From NCBI GenBank assembly GCA_010093815.1, contig ML996572.1: a stretch of DNA of 64,000 bases, one strand, 5' to 3'. The notes under the pieces are model-generated. The model did no database searches. It saw only the letters and a program-made list of their open reading frames with translations, and was not told the origin of the DNA. Both the position numbers and the translations under genes were made by a program. The stretch comes from Pseudovirgaria hyperparasitica (Eukaryota). This document shows, one piece after another, positions 37,450 to 50,569 of this stretch. How positions within the stretch are numbered: position 1 is the stretch's first letter; the number at the start of each line of letters is the position of its first letter.

Positions 37450-40400
37450 GGTGCTCACGCTTATGTAGATATCAAGACCATCAAAAAGAATCGCATTTGC
37501 TAAAGGAAGCTTCATAATGAAGCTTCTTCACAAGATCAGCACTTGGAAGCTGAGCTGGCGTGTTGAACGAGCCTGATCAAACTAGCACAGCGCATTACAG
37601 TACGTGCAGGGCAACAGGAACAGAGCATAGCGCTGTAGTAAGATACGAAGTCATGTCGGACAGGCAGGCAGGAGAACGGATTAGCGTGCACTAGGGGTGA
37701 AGGGTGAAAGGGGAGGTCCGGCGGCAGGAGCTGCAGTCCATTACAGAATATTAGAAGTAAGATGATTTAGTAAACAGTCACAACTGCCAGAATGTGTGGG
37801 GTGCATGGCGCGATCCCAGAACGGTGATGGAGAGGAATACCGGTAATTACGTTGGCGGAAGCAGTCTTGACTGTCTACGGTGCTGGCCCCGGAGGACCGT
37901 GGGCTGGCTGTATCGTGTGGCTATCTTTGTCCGAGCAGCAAAGAGAACCTCGGCAACAGATGGATAGAAGTGGCAGAATGGACATTCATATTGAAGATGA
38001 AGGATAGATGGGTGTTAGAGGTCACCGGCTGAGGAGATGGAGGAGTTGGGAAATCTGAAGAGTAAAGCGAGGTTTTTGGTGGCAGCTGGCAGCTGAATTA
38101 ATGATTAGTATAAGGATGATGGGATAATGGCGTCAAAGGCCGGCCAGGCGTGTTTATGGCTTGATAATAGTGGTTCCTGGGACCAAAAGGCTTGCGGGAT
38201 GCCGGATTGGGACAAGCGGCGAGCCCTATAGTAGACCAGGAGCTCGGGGATGCATGCAATGGCCAACCAGATATCCGGGAGGATTGACGTAGTGAGTGGA
38301 GAATAAACATTCGGGGGTGGCTGCCACGCCGCGCGCCACATTCGAAACTGTGCATCATCTGTGCGGCGCCATGTCCCAGGGAAATGGGTGAATAATGAAT
38401 GCTGATAGTTGTTGATAGGTAGGGAATGGATCGAGTGGTTCGGTGCTGGACGGGACACGGCGGGCCGTACGATACGATGATATGACGTGGTTCTCGCAGA
38501 AGCTAGTACTACTATTAAAGGAGGTCGCCGGTGGTCCTAATTAATAGTAGATTCTAGGCTACCTAAGCAGTGGCTAGCTACGTACCTGGCCTACCACCCC
38601 ACGTATTCTACAGACTGCTTGATGTCGTCGGGAACGTGAAGCTGCAAGGGCAGGTACTAAGTAGCTGTAGGTACCTGGCTATCTAGGCAAGAAGCATGTC
38701 CAGCTAGGTACTTGTCTAGGAGTTGAGTAGCTAGCGCTTGCTCCCTGGATAGAAATGAAGAGGTGCGTGCGGTGAAGTGCATATACGAGCAAAAGCGCGG
38801 CGGTCACTGATGGCACAGCCTCTCACTGGTCACTCCAGATCTCTTAGGATTCTTGGTTTGGAGTGGTAGTGAGATAAGCGAGGCGATCGTGTTTCCGATC
38901 TGGGAATGACAACGGGACGATCGATCGAGGAGAGCACGGCAGCACTCTAGATCTGATCCTTTTTTTTATCTTTCAGATGGAGCGTGTTAGTTTATTACTG
39001 AGTATTTGCTAGTCTGCTTGACATGTAGTTACAGAGTACTGGATAATTAGTGTACTAGCTAGGTAGCCAACACTTGTCAGGTAGGTCGCATCGGCATATT
39101 TCCAGAACACTTGGCCTGTTGCCGTAGTAGCAGCATTACAGCCTTCACTCCAAGAAAGAACGGACAGGTTCGGGAAGGCGATTGAGGAATGCCATCAGCA
39201 AGCCTGACTTTATTGCGGGTCTCCGGGCATGGAGCTGGACAGAAGTAGATTGCGATAAAAACCAGAATTCAGCTTGTGACAGCAGATTGACGCGGAGAAT
39301 GGGAAGAATGGGGAGAAGGGGAGAAGGGTGGACTGGACGGAGAGAAAAAAGATTGATGGCGGTGGTGGTGGGCGTGGTGGCTGCAACGAAAAAGTGGGCG
39401 GCTCTCTAGCTCTACCGCCAACACGACCAGGTAGTATGAGCATAGACACAACATGGCGTCCTCGCTTATCGAGATTTCCAAAAAGGTTGTCGTGGCACGA
39501 GATGAGATGATCCAATCACAGTCTCTTCTTTTCTGTCTCTACCTAGCACACACAAACAGCCACATGTGTGACAGGGCAAAAACAGGACGGCAACATCGAG
39601 AAGGCTATTCACGATCTGCAAGACATGTATGGGAGCACAAGTGAGCCGCGCATGCTGGGCTGCTTGATAACTCGTCTGTCTCTTATCTGCACTGGTAGCA
39701 GCGATAAAGTGTGCTATTATCTCGGAGGAGCACGAGGAGCACGAGGAGCAATAGTTAGCAGCAGTACCTACAGATAATAGCTTCTACCTCCAGGCTAGGT
39801 ACCTAATACCTGCCTACCTGCCGGGGCCTATGTACCTACGTAGCTTTCTAAGGTATGTTGATACCTGTGTCCCTGTGTCTACCTGTCTAGAATACCTGTA
39901 TCTGTTGTCAATTTACTAGTAATTAATTACTATTTACTACAGTACGCGACCGAGGGACGCTCGTGCCAGGACCGAGTGCACGCCCAGCCCGCCCAGAAAA
40001 GCTCAGGGCCGCTAATGGCAACAAAACTAGTCGCTAGTACTGCTGGCTGCTGCTGCTCCTGCTGCTGCTGCTTGCTGTTCTTCCGCCCCTCCGCCATCCG
40101 CCATTCCATCCATTCATACTACTGCACCATCCAGGGCAAAAACGGCTTTTTCCGACCTGAAGCCCTCTCTTCTTCTTACCCCCCTCCCCCCCCCCCCCCC
40201 CTCACCAACAGTCATGTCGCTGCGGGCTCTGCAGCTTGTCCTGTTCGTCTGTTCTTCGACTCTGCTGTTCTGTGGTGGTGGCTTCATGAAGATCAAATAC
40301 GGCCGGCTTCCCACCAGTCGACTCTTCTTCTGTTTGTCATCTCTCTATTACTTCGTGCTTCATGCTCCTTTCTCATATCACTCTATCGAAAGCGCTGTAT

Positions 40401-41210
40401 GTAACCACCAGCCGGAACGTCGCAGCATCCTTGCATCCATTATATTTGATGAGCATAAAGCCCCCAGTCGCTGTGTTCCACTCTTTGCACACCTGCCCTG
40501 TCCCTGTCTGTCACTGGCAGAAAAGCCACCACGACCAGCAGCATCGAGCCGTATCCACTACCGCCGCCGCCATCATCACCGCACAACCCGACGCCTGTTC
40601 CCCTCTTCCGGCCCGACAAGCAACCAACTCTAGCTAATTAGCAGTCCTCCAACACCCACACGCTCTCTCTCAGATCGCCCGCCAGCTAAACGATAATTCT
40701 GCCCTTCTCGATCGTCGTCCCCATCGCCGCCGCCATCGACTTCGCAAACTTTCCCATCCGTCGACTTTCCTCGGACACGCAAAGCCTTCCTTATATTCCG
40801 ACTAAGCGCGCTACTGAAAAAGAAGTCGACGTAGTGCTCCAATCCGCTATCCTTTCTGCTGCCCGCTTGTGCGAGTAGTTCCAAACCTACCAAGCTCCCG
40901 CGTCCCCGAACCCTCCCAAACTCCCCCCCAAAAGACCGACCGAGCTGCCTGTCCACCATCCGCTCCTCGCTCCCTTACCACATCCGATCTTTGCACTGCT
41001 CGCTTGCTCTCCCCGCTCTGTCCCGCCCATCGCTCTATACTCTCGCCACCCTCTCTACTTTATCCACTGGCCACTCCCCCACACATTCTCTCTTGCTTTC
41101 TCTTCTCTCTCTACAAGATACTCTCGGTTTACTACCTTGCTATCCTTTGCCTCCATCCAGCAGTCGAATATTCGTGCTAGCGAATATAAAGTGCCAGCTT
41201 TACAATCGAC

Positions 41211-42712
41211 ATGCCTCCAATCAGATCGGTTACCAGCGTTCGCATTCCGCAAAAGACCGAACGCACTCATGAAGAGAACCAGGAAAGGTACTGCCGTCTG
41301 CTACCTTTCTATCCTGCATGACCGCTGACTGACTTTTGTTGTACAGAGCCTATATCGCTGCATCGCGCCGAAGTGACCGTAGTCTTGAAGCTCGCATGGA
41401 ATCTGCTCGACGAGCCTCGGATATCCACAAGAAACGTACCGGCCGCGCTCTCCGTGTTACCGAGAAGGATGTCGTCAACGAGGAGATGTATGAGGAGGAG
41501 GACGAGGATCTGGAGGCTCAAATGCGTCGTCTGACTGCCCACATCAACACTTCCTCGCCAGAGTTCAACCGTCGTCTGCAAGCTCTCCTCTCCACCCAAA
41601 TCTCGATGCGTATGGCAGTGAACAATGGCATGTACTCCAACGGTGCTGGCTTTGCTCCCAATGCCTACGCACAGAACTTGTTCAACATGCAGGGCACCAT
41701 GCAGAACAACATGATCAATATGCAGAATGCCCAAAACTTGCAAAACGCTCAGAATATGCAGAATATGCAGAACATGTCCAACATGCAAAACATGCAACAG
41801 TTCTCGAACATGCAGACCATCAGCCCTCAGATGATGGGACCACCTGTACGACAGCAACAACAGTCGACCCAGCAGCCACAGCAGCAGCAACAACAACAAC
41901 AACAACAACAACAACAAGCCAATTACCGCCACTCTCCTTACCAGCAGCATATGCGTCCCGTTGCACATCACCGCACCTCATCCATGAGCTCGACATCGCC
42001 CTCGCAACAATCGCTGTCACCCGTGATTCAGTCAGGACCTGGCTCTCTCAATGACCGACGCGCCTCTGTACAAGCTCGACCGTCTCTTTCCAGGAGCTCG
42101 TCCAGCTTGCATTCGCTCAAGTCAGAGTCAGCTAGACCCGCACACCTCGGTGCGAAACGCACTCCTTCACAGACACCTTCGCCAACTTCGCAGAACAATC
42201 CACCACTGTCAGCCATTCCAAGCAGCTTCGATTCCCTTCAGCAGACAAGCATCAGCCCACTGACTTCCATGCTCCCTGCCGAGTCTCAGGTCATGATGAG
42301 CTCGGCTCTCGACCCCAACGACCCATCTACCAACATGCTACTGGGTGGCAATATGTTCTCTAATCAACCATTCTTTAACTATTATAATAACTACCCTGGC
42401 CAACCGTCGAAGCCTTCTATTGATTCGATGTTTGATGGCATGAACCAGACATTGTCCACTAGCAACATGCCACAATTGGATACATCTCTACAGTGGTCGA
42501 GTGAGCCTCAGTCTGCGACGAACCTCACCTCCGCTACCACGGACATATACCCCACTTTTTCTCCAGACGAAACCACATTTTTCGACTCTGCGTTTGATAC
42601 CTCTACGGACCTTTCACGGAACAATAGCAATCAGGGAAGTACCGGCCAAGCGTACAACGCTGAGGACTTTAATGATTTGTTCGACTGGAACTCGGGATCC
42701 TACTCTCAATGA
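41211..42712 (+). CDS. Fungal protein with a conserved basic/acidic N-terminal domain and Q/N/M-rich low-complexity region (putative transcriptional regulator); intron 41288-41346
   Basis: Spliced N-terminus MPPIRSVTSVRIPQKTERTHEENQER|AYIAASRRSDRSLEARMESARRASDIHKKRTGRALRVTEKDVVNEEMYEEED, then NMQ repeats, poly-Q and an acidic/aromatic tail. Confidence 0.85.
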
Positions 42713-45199
42713 GTGGCGATCCAGCTTCTTTAATACCCTTTTCTTTTTGCATCCCCGCGGCGTTATTTCTCAATTAAGGCAACAATTGGTTATTGAATAT
42801 ACGCACACACTGAGAATACTTCTCATGGAGTCATTGGTGTTGGGACACTAGTTTCCCGTCCCACCATTCCATGTTCGAGCTTGATGCAGGTCTTGTACCA
42901 CTCAGCTGTACAGGATTTATTGCAAGGCGTTACGTGGTCGTCTTGGTGTCATCGGGGTCCTTGTTTTCGGATACCCTGGTCGACTATTATACCATTACTT
43001 CTCTCTTCTCCATCGTTACACGCCCGCCTCTTCGATATTGGGCCCAAATTTCATACTGTTGAAAGTCGTTGTCAGGTTCACATGTTCCATAGCGCAGTAG
43101 CGTGCCATCATCCACAATGATGACTTCGCAGCTCAAACGAAGCTGCGATTCGATGAGAGGTGATTATGTAGCGGAGACAAGAGATGTCTCGACACTAAAA
43201 AAATAAAATCTTGCTATTAAAGCGTTTGAGATACGAAAGTTTCATCATGAACGTTCCGTGTTCACCCTTGGCGTCTGTGTCCATCACCGGGGTTGACCCC
43301 ACTCTCAATTTGACTCCTTTGCTCCCCGATCGCGATCCTCACCTTTGTTCATCTCACATTCACATCGATCGTTATTAGCGACTGACGTGAAAGTCTACCT
43401 TCTGGCAGCCAACCCAACAATCCAAACACAAAACGCGCAGTGGGTATTGTTCTTGCCAAGTCCAATTCTAACCCGGTCTTTTTAACGGCCCATCGCTGCT
43501 CTGCTTGATGCCCGAAGTTACCACAATCACATGCCCTAAAAAAGCCATCGAGCCATTCTGCCGTCACCTCCAGCACTAATCAAAAACACTTCCCAGCCAC
43601 GTCACTTACGACCAGCGACCAGCCTACAAGGCCATCGTTCTTGACCTGTCGTAACCTAGTACACGGGGCTACATACAGTATGCAAGCTAATTAGCTATCC
43701 CAAAAGACGGCCCGGTATGTGTGTGCGCGCTCGTACCTGCATTGTAGCGCCTTATTGTAGTGAGTGAGAGTGGTACGACGAGCGCTTTCCAGAAATGGCG
43801 CGGGTGCACTTTGTGCTTTTTTCCCTTGGTCTTTTAAAGACTAATCGGCGGCGACGCTGCCTCTTGTTTCAATGCGGACGGGATGTCGCCACTTTCGTTG
43901 ACTTTCGGGCGTGACGGCGTTCGGTGCAGAGACTGTGATTCACATGTGCGCAGCACCACACACACAGCAGTTACGTACGATGATGCCAGCTGGGGACTAA
44001 GCAGCGAGGTACTGAGACTTTCCTTGTGTTCAGTGGACTAACTCACCATCTCAGGCCATACGATACGATGTGCGCGTTGAAATGAGTTTGTTTGGATTGA
44101 AGAGCTCTGGTTGGGTCGCTGGGTATGCGGGCGGCTAGATATGGTAAATCCGGATTGATCGGATGACGGACGAGGTGGATGGATGCACCGTTCGTTGCAG
44201 CGCTGCTTCAATTCATGCAGAGTTCGCAAAATAGCCCTATCTTATCTTCTTTCTCGTCTCTCTCAAGTAAGGGAGGACCCTGCAGAAAACACGAACCGAT
44301 CTTGTTATGCAGTACAGAAACACAAACTAATTACTAAGTGGGTGCTACAGTGATTTAATCTGTCAGAGCTCAAAACGGCAACTAGCTTAACGCCATTGGT
44401 GATACGAGTTGAAGGACTCACAATGGAGAAGAAGTTGGTTGAAGCTGAGGCGGCCTTGAACATCTTCTCTGTCTCGCTTTACGCAGTTGCATAGTCGTCC
44501 GATGATGATATATCATCTCGAAGGCAATGCTTATACATGCAGCTTAATTCAATGATATCTTATGCTTATACCACTACTCGTCGAGCCTTGAAAAGTAGGC
44601 AAGCACGGCAGGTACTCGAGCTACCCGCAACCATACTTGCGGTATCACTTGCGGTGTTACTACTACACGTCACCTTGGTATTTAAATCTGAGATACTGTT
44701 TTAAGAATTGCCGTTGAGGTCAGTGAGTGCAGTCCTATGCATCATCCTCACTGCTCCTTGGGTACCGATACCAAGAGACCATTTAGCAAAAGTATCTCAT
44801 GTGCTACTCTCCACAGACGGGAGCCGCGGAAGACACCATACTTTTCTGCTTCGTGTCACAATGTTTGGAATTGATTGTCAAGACGGTACGCTTCGACTGG
44901 AGCCGTTCACTGACGGACCACAATTCCAAAGGAAAATGGAGGTTCACTGCATCATCACGGCATACTGCTGCGCAACCACAGTATGTCCAACGTCTTGTTT
45001 GGAAGCGTTGAAACCTTCCCTTTGAGGTAGGTGGGATCTTGATGGTCTTCAAGGCTTCAGCTATAAAGTGATTTTGATGGCTCGGTGCCATGGCTTTTTT
45101 TCCTTTCCACAATCTCCTCCTGAGACAGGCTTTCCTTCTCCTGCCATTCGTTAGGCGTTCTCATCCTTCTGTCTGTCTCGTTACGTTGACTTGTTCAAG

Positions 45200-47891
45200 A
45201 TGAGGACTAACGGTATGTTGTCTGCGGGCGTCGTGGTGGCGTATGGCGTCGCTCTTGTGTCTGCCGGAGCTATACATGGTGAGTGCTATCCTCTTTTCGA
45301 AGCTGCCTGTACTCCAAAACAAGAATTTCCTCATGCCTCGATCTTCATGTGGAATTGAATGAGATAACTCCTGAAAGCAAATGACGGCCGTTCTCGGTCT
45401 CGAGCTGCTGTCCTTGGGAAACACGTTCACCTAGCAAGACTGACACTTCGTATCAGCTCGTGTCCCAGTTGAAGAGAGCACTTCATCTACTGCTGGATAC
45501 TATCCTCCTCCACCGCCTCCATACGGACCGTTGCCAACATCTAGTCATGTCGTATCGTCCACTGTATCGTTGACTACACCACCTTACCCCAGCTCAAACG
45601 GAACGACATCATCCCTGACAAGCTCTTCCAGTGAGGTCATCACATCTACTGCTAGCAGCAACACCGCTGCGAGTACCAACGCTCCTGTGGAGTCATCGCT
45701 CACGCCTAGCTACTACAGCTCATCTACACCAGTGCTGTCTACCCCGGCTCCGTCTAGTCCTTCAAGCGAAGTCCCTTATCCCTCGTCTGGAACGTTGATA
45801 CACTACTCGTCTTCGTCCGTTGGCTGGAACAGTAGTAGCATTCCACTCCCAACTACGTATGGCTCACCATCTAGCAGTTCTCACGGGCCATCTTCTGGAT
45901 CCTCAATCCATTATCCATCGTCTTCAGTCGGATGGAACAGTAGCAGTACTCCTCTGACGTCGTATGGACCGACTACGCCGATACCGACCTATAGTCATTC
46001 CAGCACAGTTAACCTAAACCATTCAACGACAGCATCGTTGAACTCAACACTTCCGCCGTACCCAACCTCGTCGTACGTGCCAGATAATAGCACAGGGACC
46101 ACAAACATCATGTCCACCGCTACAATAACTGTTCCAGGCACGGAGACCTATGCGGCCACATTGTCATCGCCTACGCCAAGCAGCTCTCTGACGGAGACAG
46201 ATTCGACAGTAAGCTATGGTAATAACACGACACCAATACTGTCAACCGGGAGTCCTACGCTGTATCCAAACACTACGGCCCCCTATCCGACGCACTCGAG
46301 CAGTACGAAGAGATCGTCGACACGGACGAGAACAAGAACGGTCAGGCCACCCATTACGCCGACACACTCGACTCGGTACCCGACAACGCCTCCTCATGGG
46401 AACTCTACGTCCAGCACTCCAGTCTCCACGCCACATGCATCTTTGTCAACTAGCGAGTCTATTCCATCATCGACGTATGAGACTCCCTCTGGGTCGTTGA
46501 GCTCTTCAAATATCTCGGTGCCATCGACTATCGAGGTGCCTACCGGGCACTCGTCAAGCGTCCTTACCCTTCCAGTACCAACATCTTATGGTGGCCCATC
46601 ATCTCCTTCAATCACGCCTCCATCAACTACTGAGTCACCAGGTGAAGAAAGCTCGTCCAGTTCAGTGTCATCAACTATCGCTGGGAGCGAGAGTTTCAGC
46701 GTTTCCATTGGTCTACCGACTCCATACCCGTCTGTCTCGTTGTCTTCTAGCTCCGGAGCGTCCGCCGAAGAATCAAGTACAATCCCGCTGCCGCTTCCAC
46801 CATCTCCGTCTACATACCCACCTGCGCCGTCGTCTTCTGGGACGGGTGAAAGTAGTTTGACTTCTTCTGGGGTACATACACCTTCCGTGCCGACAACGTA
46901 TGCAGATGTTGGAACATCTTCTGGTGTAGCTGGGACTTCTACGTACGCGCCTGGTGAAAACAGCCTGAGCAGTAGTGCCTCTACATCGCCTGTTTCATCA
47001 CCACCGTTGCCGAGCACATACCCTACTGCACCATCTTCTTCATCGTCGTCTGAGGTCAGCGCCCCCGAAGAAGGCAGCTACAGTAGCGGATCGTCAACCA
47101 TCTCGCCTCCTACACCAACACCGTATCCGAGCGTATCTCCAACGCCGTATCCAAGTGTATCTCCATCGCCGTCGCCGTCTTCGGACGTCGGTGGAAGTTC
47201 AACATACGCGCCGGGAAGTCTGAGCAGTGGCTCGTCGACCATTTCACCTCCCGGACCAACCCCTTACCCCAGCATATCGCAGCCTTCTTCATCCGAGGCT
47301 GGCAGCAGCAGCGAAAGCACAGCAGGTATCTCGACAAATGCACCGGCAGAAGGCAGCGCCTCATCTTCATCTCCATCAAGCCCAACCCCTTACCCCAGCT
47401 CATCATCCCCATCAGCCCCCACCAGCGCTCTTCCATCCCCTTTTGACTCCTCGTCAAGCGTCCCAGCGATATCTCCACCAAGCCCAACACCATACCCCAC
47501 ACCCTCCCCTTCGCCAGCCCCAACAAGCTCGCCATCGTCGTCGGAGATTAGTGGCACATCGACATATGCACCAGGTGAATCCTCAGCCTCAGCCTCAGCG
47601 TCATCATCGTCATCGTCACCATCATCATCATCATCCGCCTCATCGGATATCACACCACCAGCCCCAACCCCATACCCCTCTCCATCCACTACCCTCCTCA
47701 CCCTGACCTCCTCGTCAAGCTCCGGCGCCCCGGTGTACAGTCCGCCCGTATACGTGATCCCGACCGACTTTGCACCTTTCCCGAGCACAGGTCCGGGTCC
47801 GGGTCCCGGCAAGGATAATGGAGAGAAGGACAAGGAGGAGCGTGAAGGGTTCTGGGACTGGCTGGTTGGACACCGACCGGAGAGGCTTTGA
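45200..47891 (+). CDS. Secreted Ser/Pro/Thr-rich mucin/extensin-like protein; intron 45279-45456
   Basis: Exon 1 MRTNGMLSAGVVVAYGVALVSAGAIH is signal-peptide-like. GTGAGT..CTGAC..CAG intron joins it in frame to ORF 45531-47891, which has repeated PTPYPS and STYAPG motifs. Confidence 0.8.
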
Positions 47892-48463
47892 GGAAGTGGA
47901 GATGAGGGAGATATGTGATGGGTAGAGTGGTGGAATGGTGGTGGAGGTGGAGATGGAGATGTCAGGGAAGAAGAGTGGGGCTTGAGGGGCGTGTCAGCGC
48001 GCATTCGTTGTGGTGGCAGGGTTAGGTGTGGCAGTGTGGCAGTGTGGCAGTATAGGAGTGTTACATTATAAGCAGAGAGGCAGGAAGGCAGGCAAGCAGG
48101 CAGGCAGGCAGGGAAGCAGGCGATACGAAAATCGACATGAACACGCTCATTAAAACGTTCCAATCAAAATCAAATCAATCAAAATCATTCCTTTCTGGTC
48201 CCTGCCCTCCTCTTTTCACCCCAAAGGAAGATATACCACATCCATAAAAAGACAAAAAGACAAAAAGACAAAAAGACGATGATGGCGAAATTAGACAACA
48301 GTCCAATCTAAATACATATTCTAGATAGCAACCACTACTATCTCTTATTTTCTCTTCTCTCCTCTCCTCTCCTCTCCTATTCTATTCTCTCGACGCTCTC
48401 GGCTCTCGAGACGACGCTCTATTTTGCTTCTTTCCTGTTCTGTTCTGTTTACGACGAGACACT

Positions 48464-48710
48464 GGACGGGGAGAGATATACGGGGAGAGATGGACGGGGA
48501 GAGATGGACGGGGAGAGATGGACGGGGAGAGATGGACGGGGAGAGATGGACGGGGAGAGATGGACGGGGAGAGANNNNNNNNNNACGGGGAGAGATGGAC
48601 GGGGAGAGATGGACGGGGAGAGATGGACGGGGAGAGATGGACGGGGAGAGATGGACGGGGAGAGATGGACGGGGAGAGAAGGACGGGGAGAGAAGGACGG
48701 GGAGAGATGG
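48464..48710. repeat. 14-bp minisatellite (GGACGGGGAGAGAT)n spanning an assembly gap (N at 48575-48584)
   Basis: Directly visible tandem array; true length unknown because of the gap. Confidence 0.95.
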
Positions 48711-49019
48711 GATAAGTATAGAAAGAGTGTAATAAGCAAGAGAATAAGTGAGCAGTCTTGGGAGCTGGAAGCGACAGGCGCGCGTTAGTTGATACATTCA
48801 CGCCCGACCGGTGAAGGATGGTCGTCCGCTTATGCTTTGCCAAGCCAATGGACACGCCGGTTTTAGCGGCCACGGGAGCGGGGTGAGGGGTGCTAGATCA
48901 GGAGCGCATTATTAGTGGGGCGCGGGGTAGGTAGGTAGATAGGTGGGCAGTGTGAGACCTTTTTTTTTTTTTGCTTTATTGGCTAATCTCGATCATTGTG
49001 CTGTTTTTCCCTGGTAATT

Positions 49020-50522
49020 ATGATAGATGACGCACGAAGGGTATACGCATCGGCAGCGAATCAGGGCGGCCATGTGCCAAAAGCCATCGCACCGTTTGCC
49101 TTGCGGGCAGTACGCACTGCCACGGCCGAAGACACGATCTGGTCCGAGGTGAGCGAGCAAGCATTCCGCCGGCTTCTGGTCGAGTTGGAGGAGCGCACTA
49201 ATGCGGTTCCTATCGATGTCGTGACTGCAGACGTCCAGCCTGATGGTCGCGCTGACGGGGATCCTGCATGCCTGCCGTTGAGCGTCGAGAAGCAGGTCGC
49301 AGATGACTTTGCGTACCTTGCTGCCGTTACTGAGGGGGCGCAAAGTGTGGCTGCTGTGTGTGTGGAGCAGCATATCTGTCATTCGACGACAACGACGACG
49401 ACGACGACGACGACAAGGCTGGTCCTACGCATTGCTGGCATGGATGTAGTCGTCGAGAACGTCAGGGCGATGCTAAAGGATGTGTGCATCATACTAGAGG
49501 GCGTAGCGGCGTGCCGCCTGGATGTGAACCATGAAGGCCGCAATGAGATATTCGCGGTCGTCGTCCGCCAACACCGCCAGAAGCTCTTGGGCCGGATGCG
49601 ATCGAGGAAGTGGGTGAAGCCGAAGTACCTGAGCAAGCAGCACAAGAAGCCGCTTTGGAAGGACTTTGACAACGTCATCCACCGTGCGCCACACGTCTAT
49701 CCGAAGAAACGCGATTGTAGGACTCGAGATCTCGTGATCCAGAGTTTGACAGCGATGCAGGCGAGGTATACACGCTACGAGGACGTAAACGACGACGATG
49801 GCAGTGCCAACCTGCTGCATCTCCAGGATCTCGTCAAAGCGACTTATGACTTCTGTAAGCTCCCCGAGATTGCAGCGTTTGCCGCACACTTTGAAGATAT
49901 ATCGTCGCCGACGCCACAGGTCGGAGCAGTCATCAAAACACTCCGTCAGCTCGAGAAGATAGGCGCGTACTGGAGAATCAGCATGGACCTCGCATCAGCG
50001 GCGGGGCAATACTCGCAGTCATTCCAAAGCATACACTTGGCGTACGTGACGCCGTATGCTGAAGTCCCGACAGACATTGCATACGAAAGCTGGGCAAAGA
50101 CGATGCACGTACATGCTGAGGTCCAGCTGCTAGTTGAATACGCGATGCGGAAACAAGGCGAACACCATCATGATGACAAGAACAAGTTGGTAATCATCTG
50201 GCCACGCACGATCGGCACGAGCAAGTACCTCTGCTATCTCTGCTATCTCTTCCTGACCGAGCATGGCGGGTTCGGGACTGCGCTGAGTTCTCACGGAAGA
50301 CTGTTCGATCAGTGGACCGTGCCTGATCTGAGTGAGTTCGACGCGCAAACACAAGGCATATTCGCCAACGTGCTTGAGAGGGTGTATCGGCGTGTGGAAT
50401 GGCAGCTAGGGTCGACGAGAGAACCGGTGCGCTGGCGCTCAGAGCCAATGACGAGTCGACAAAGCTTGATCATGCATGTGGGAGGGAGGGCCATTCCAGT
50501 TGACCCGCCTTTAGTTACATAG
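49020..50522 (+). CDS. OTT_1508-like nucleic acid/nucleotide deaminase
   Basis: Zinc deaminase motifs HVHAEVQL and IGTSKYLCYLC, followed by SHGRLFDQW.VPD; N-terminal LPLSVEKQVADDFAYLAA..VAAVCVE block. Intronless ORF; first ATG at 49020. Confidence 0.85.
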   Translation: MIDDARRVYASAANQGGHVPKAIAPFALRAVRTATAEDTIWSEVSEQAFRRLLVELEERTNAVPIDVVTADVQPDGRADGDPACLPLSVEKQVADDFAYLAAVTEGAQSVAAVCVEQHICHSTTTTTTTTTTRLVLRIAGMDVVVENVRAMLKDVCIILEGVAACRLDVNHEGRNEIFAVVVRQHRQKLLGRMRSRKWVKPKYLSKQHKKPLWKDFDNVIHRAPHVYPKKRDCRTRDLVIQSLTAMQARYTRYEDVNDDDGSANLLHLQDLVKATYDFCKLPEIAAFAAHFEDISSPTPQVGAVIKTLRQLEKIGAYWRISMDLASAAGQYSQSFQSIHLAYVTPYAEVPTDIAYESWAKTMHVHAEVQLLVEYAMRKQGEHHHDDKNKLVIIWPRTIGTSKYLCYLCYLFLTEHGGFGTALSSHGRLFDQWTVPDLSEFDAQTQGIFANVLERVYRRVEWQLGSTREPVRWRSEPMTSRQSLIMHVGGRAIPVDPPLVT

Positions 50523-50569
50523 AAAGCTTGGCAGCTGACGTTCCGGCCATCTCGAAGTATTAGCGCCGC

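Noticed and set aside
48345..48873. Several ORFs with SPSISPRPSLPVHL or MDGERWTGRDGRGE repeats
   Set aside because: They are translations of the 14-bp minisatellite in multiple frames, across an N gap.
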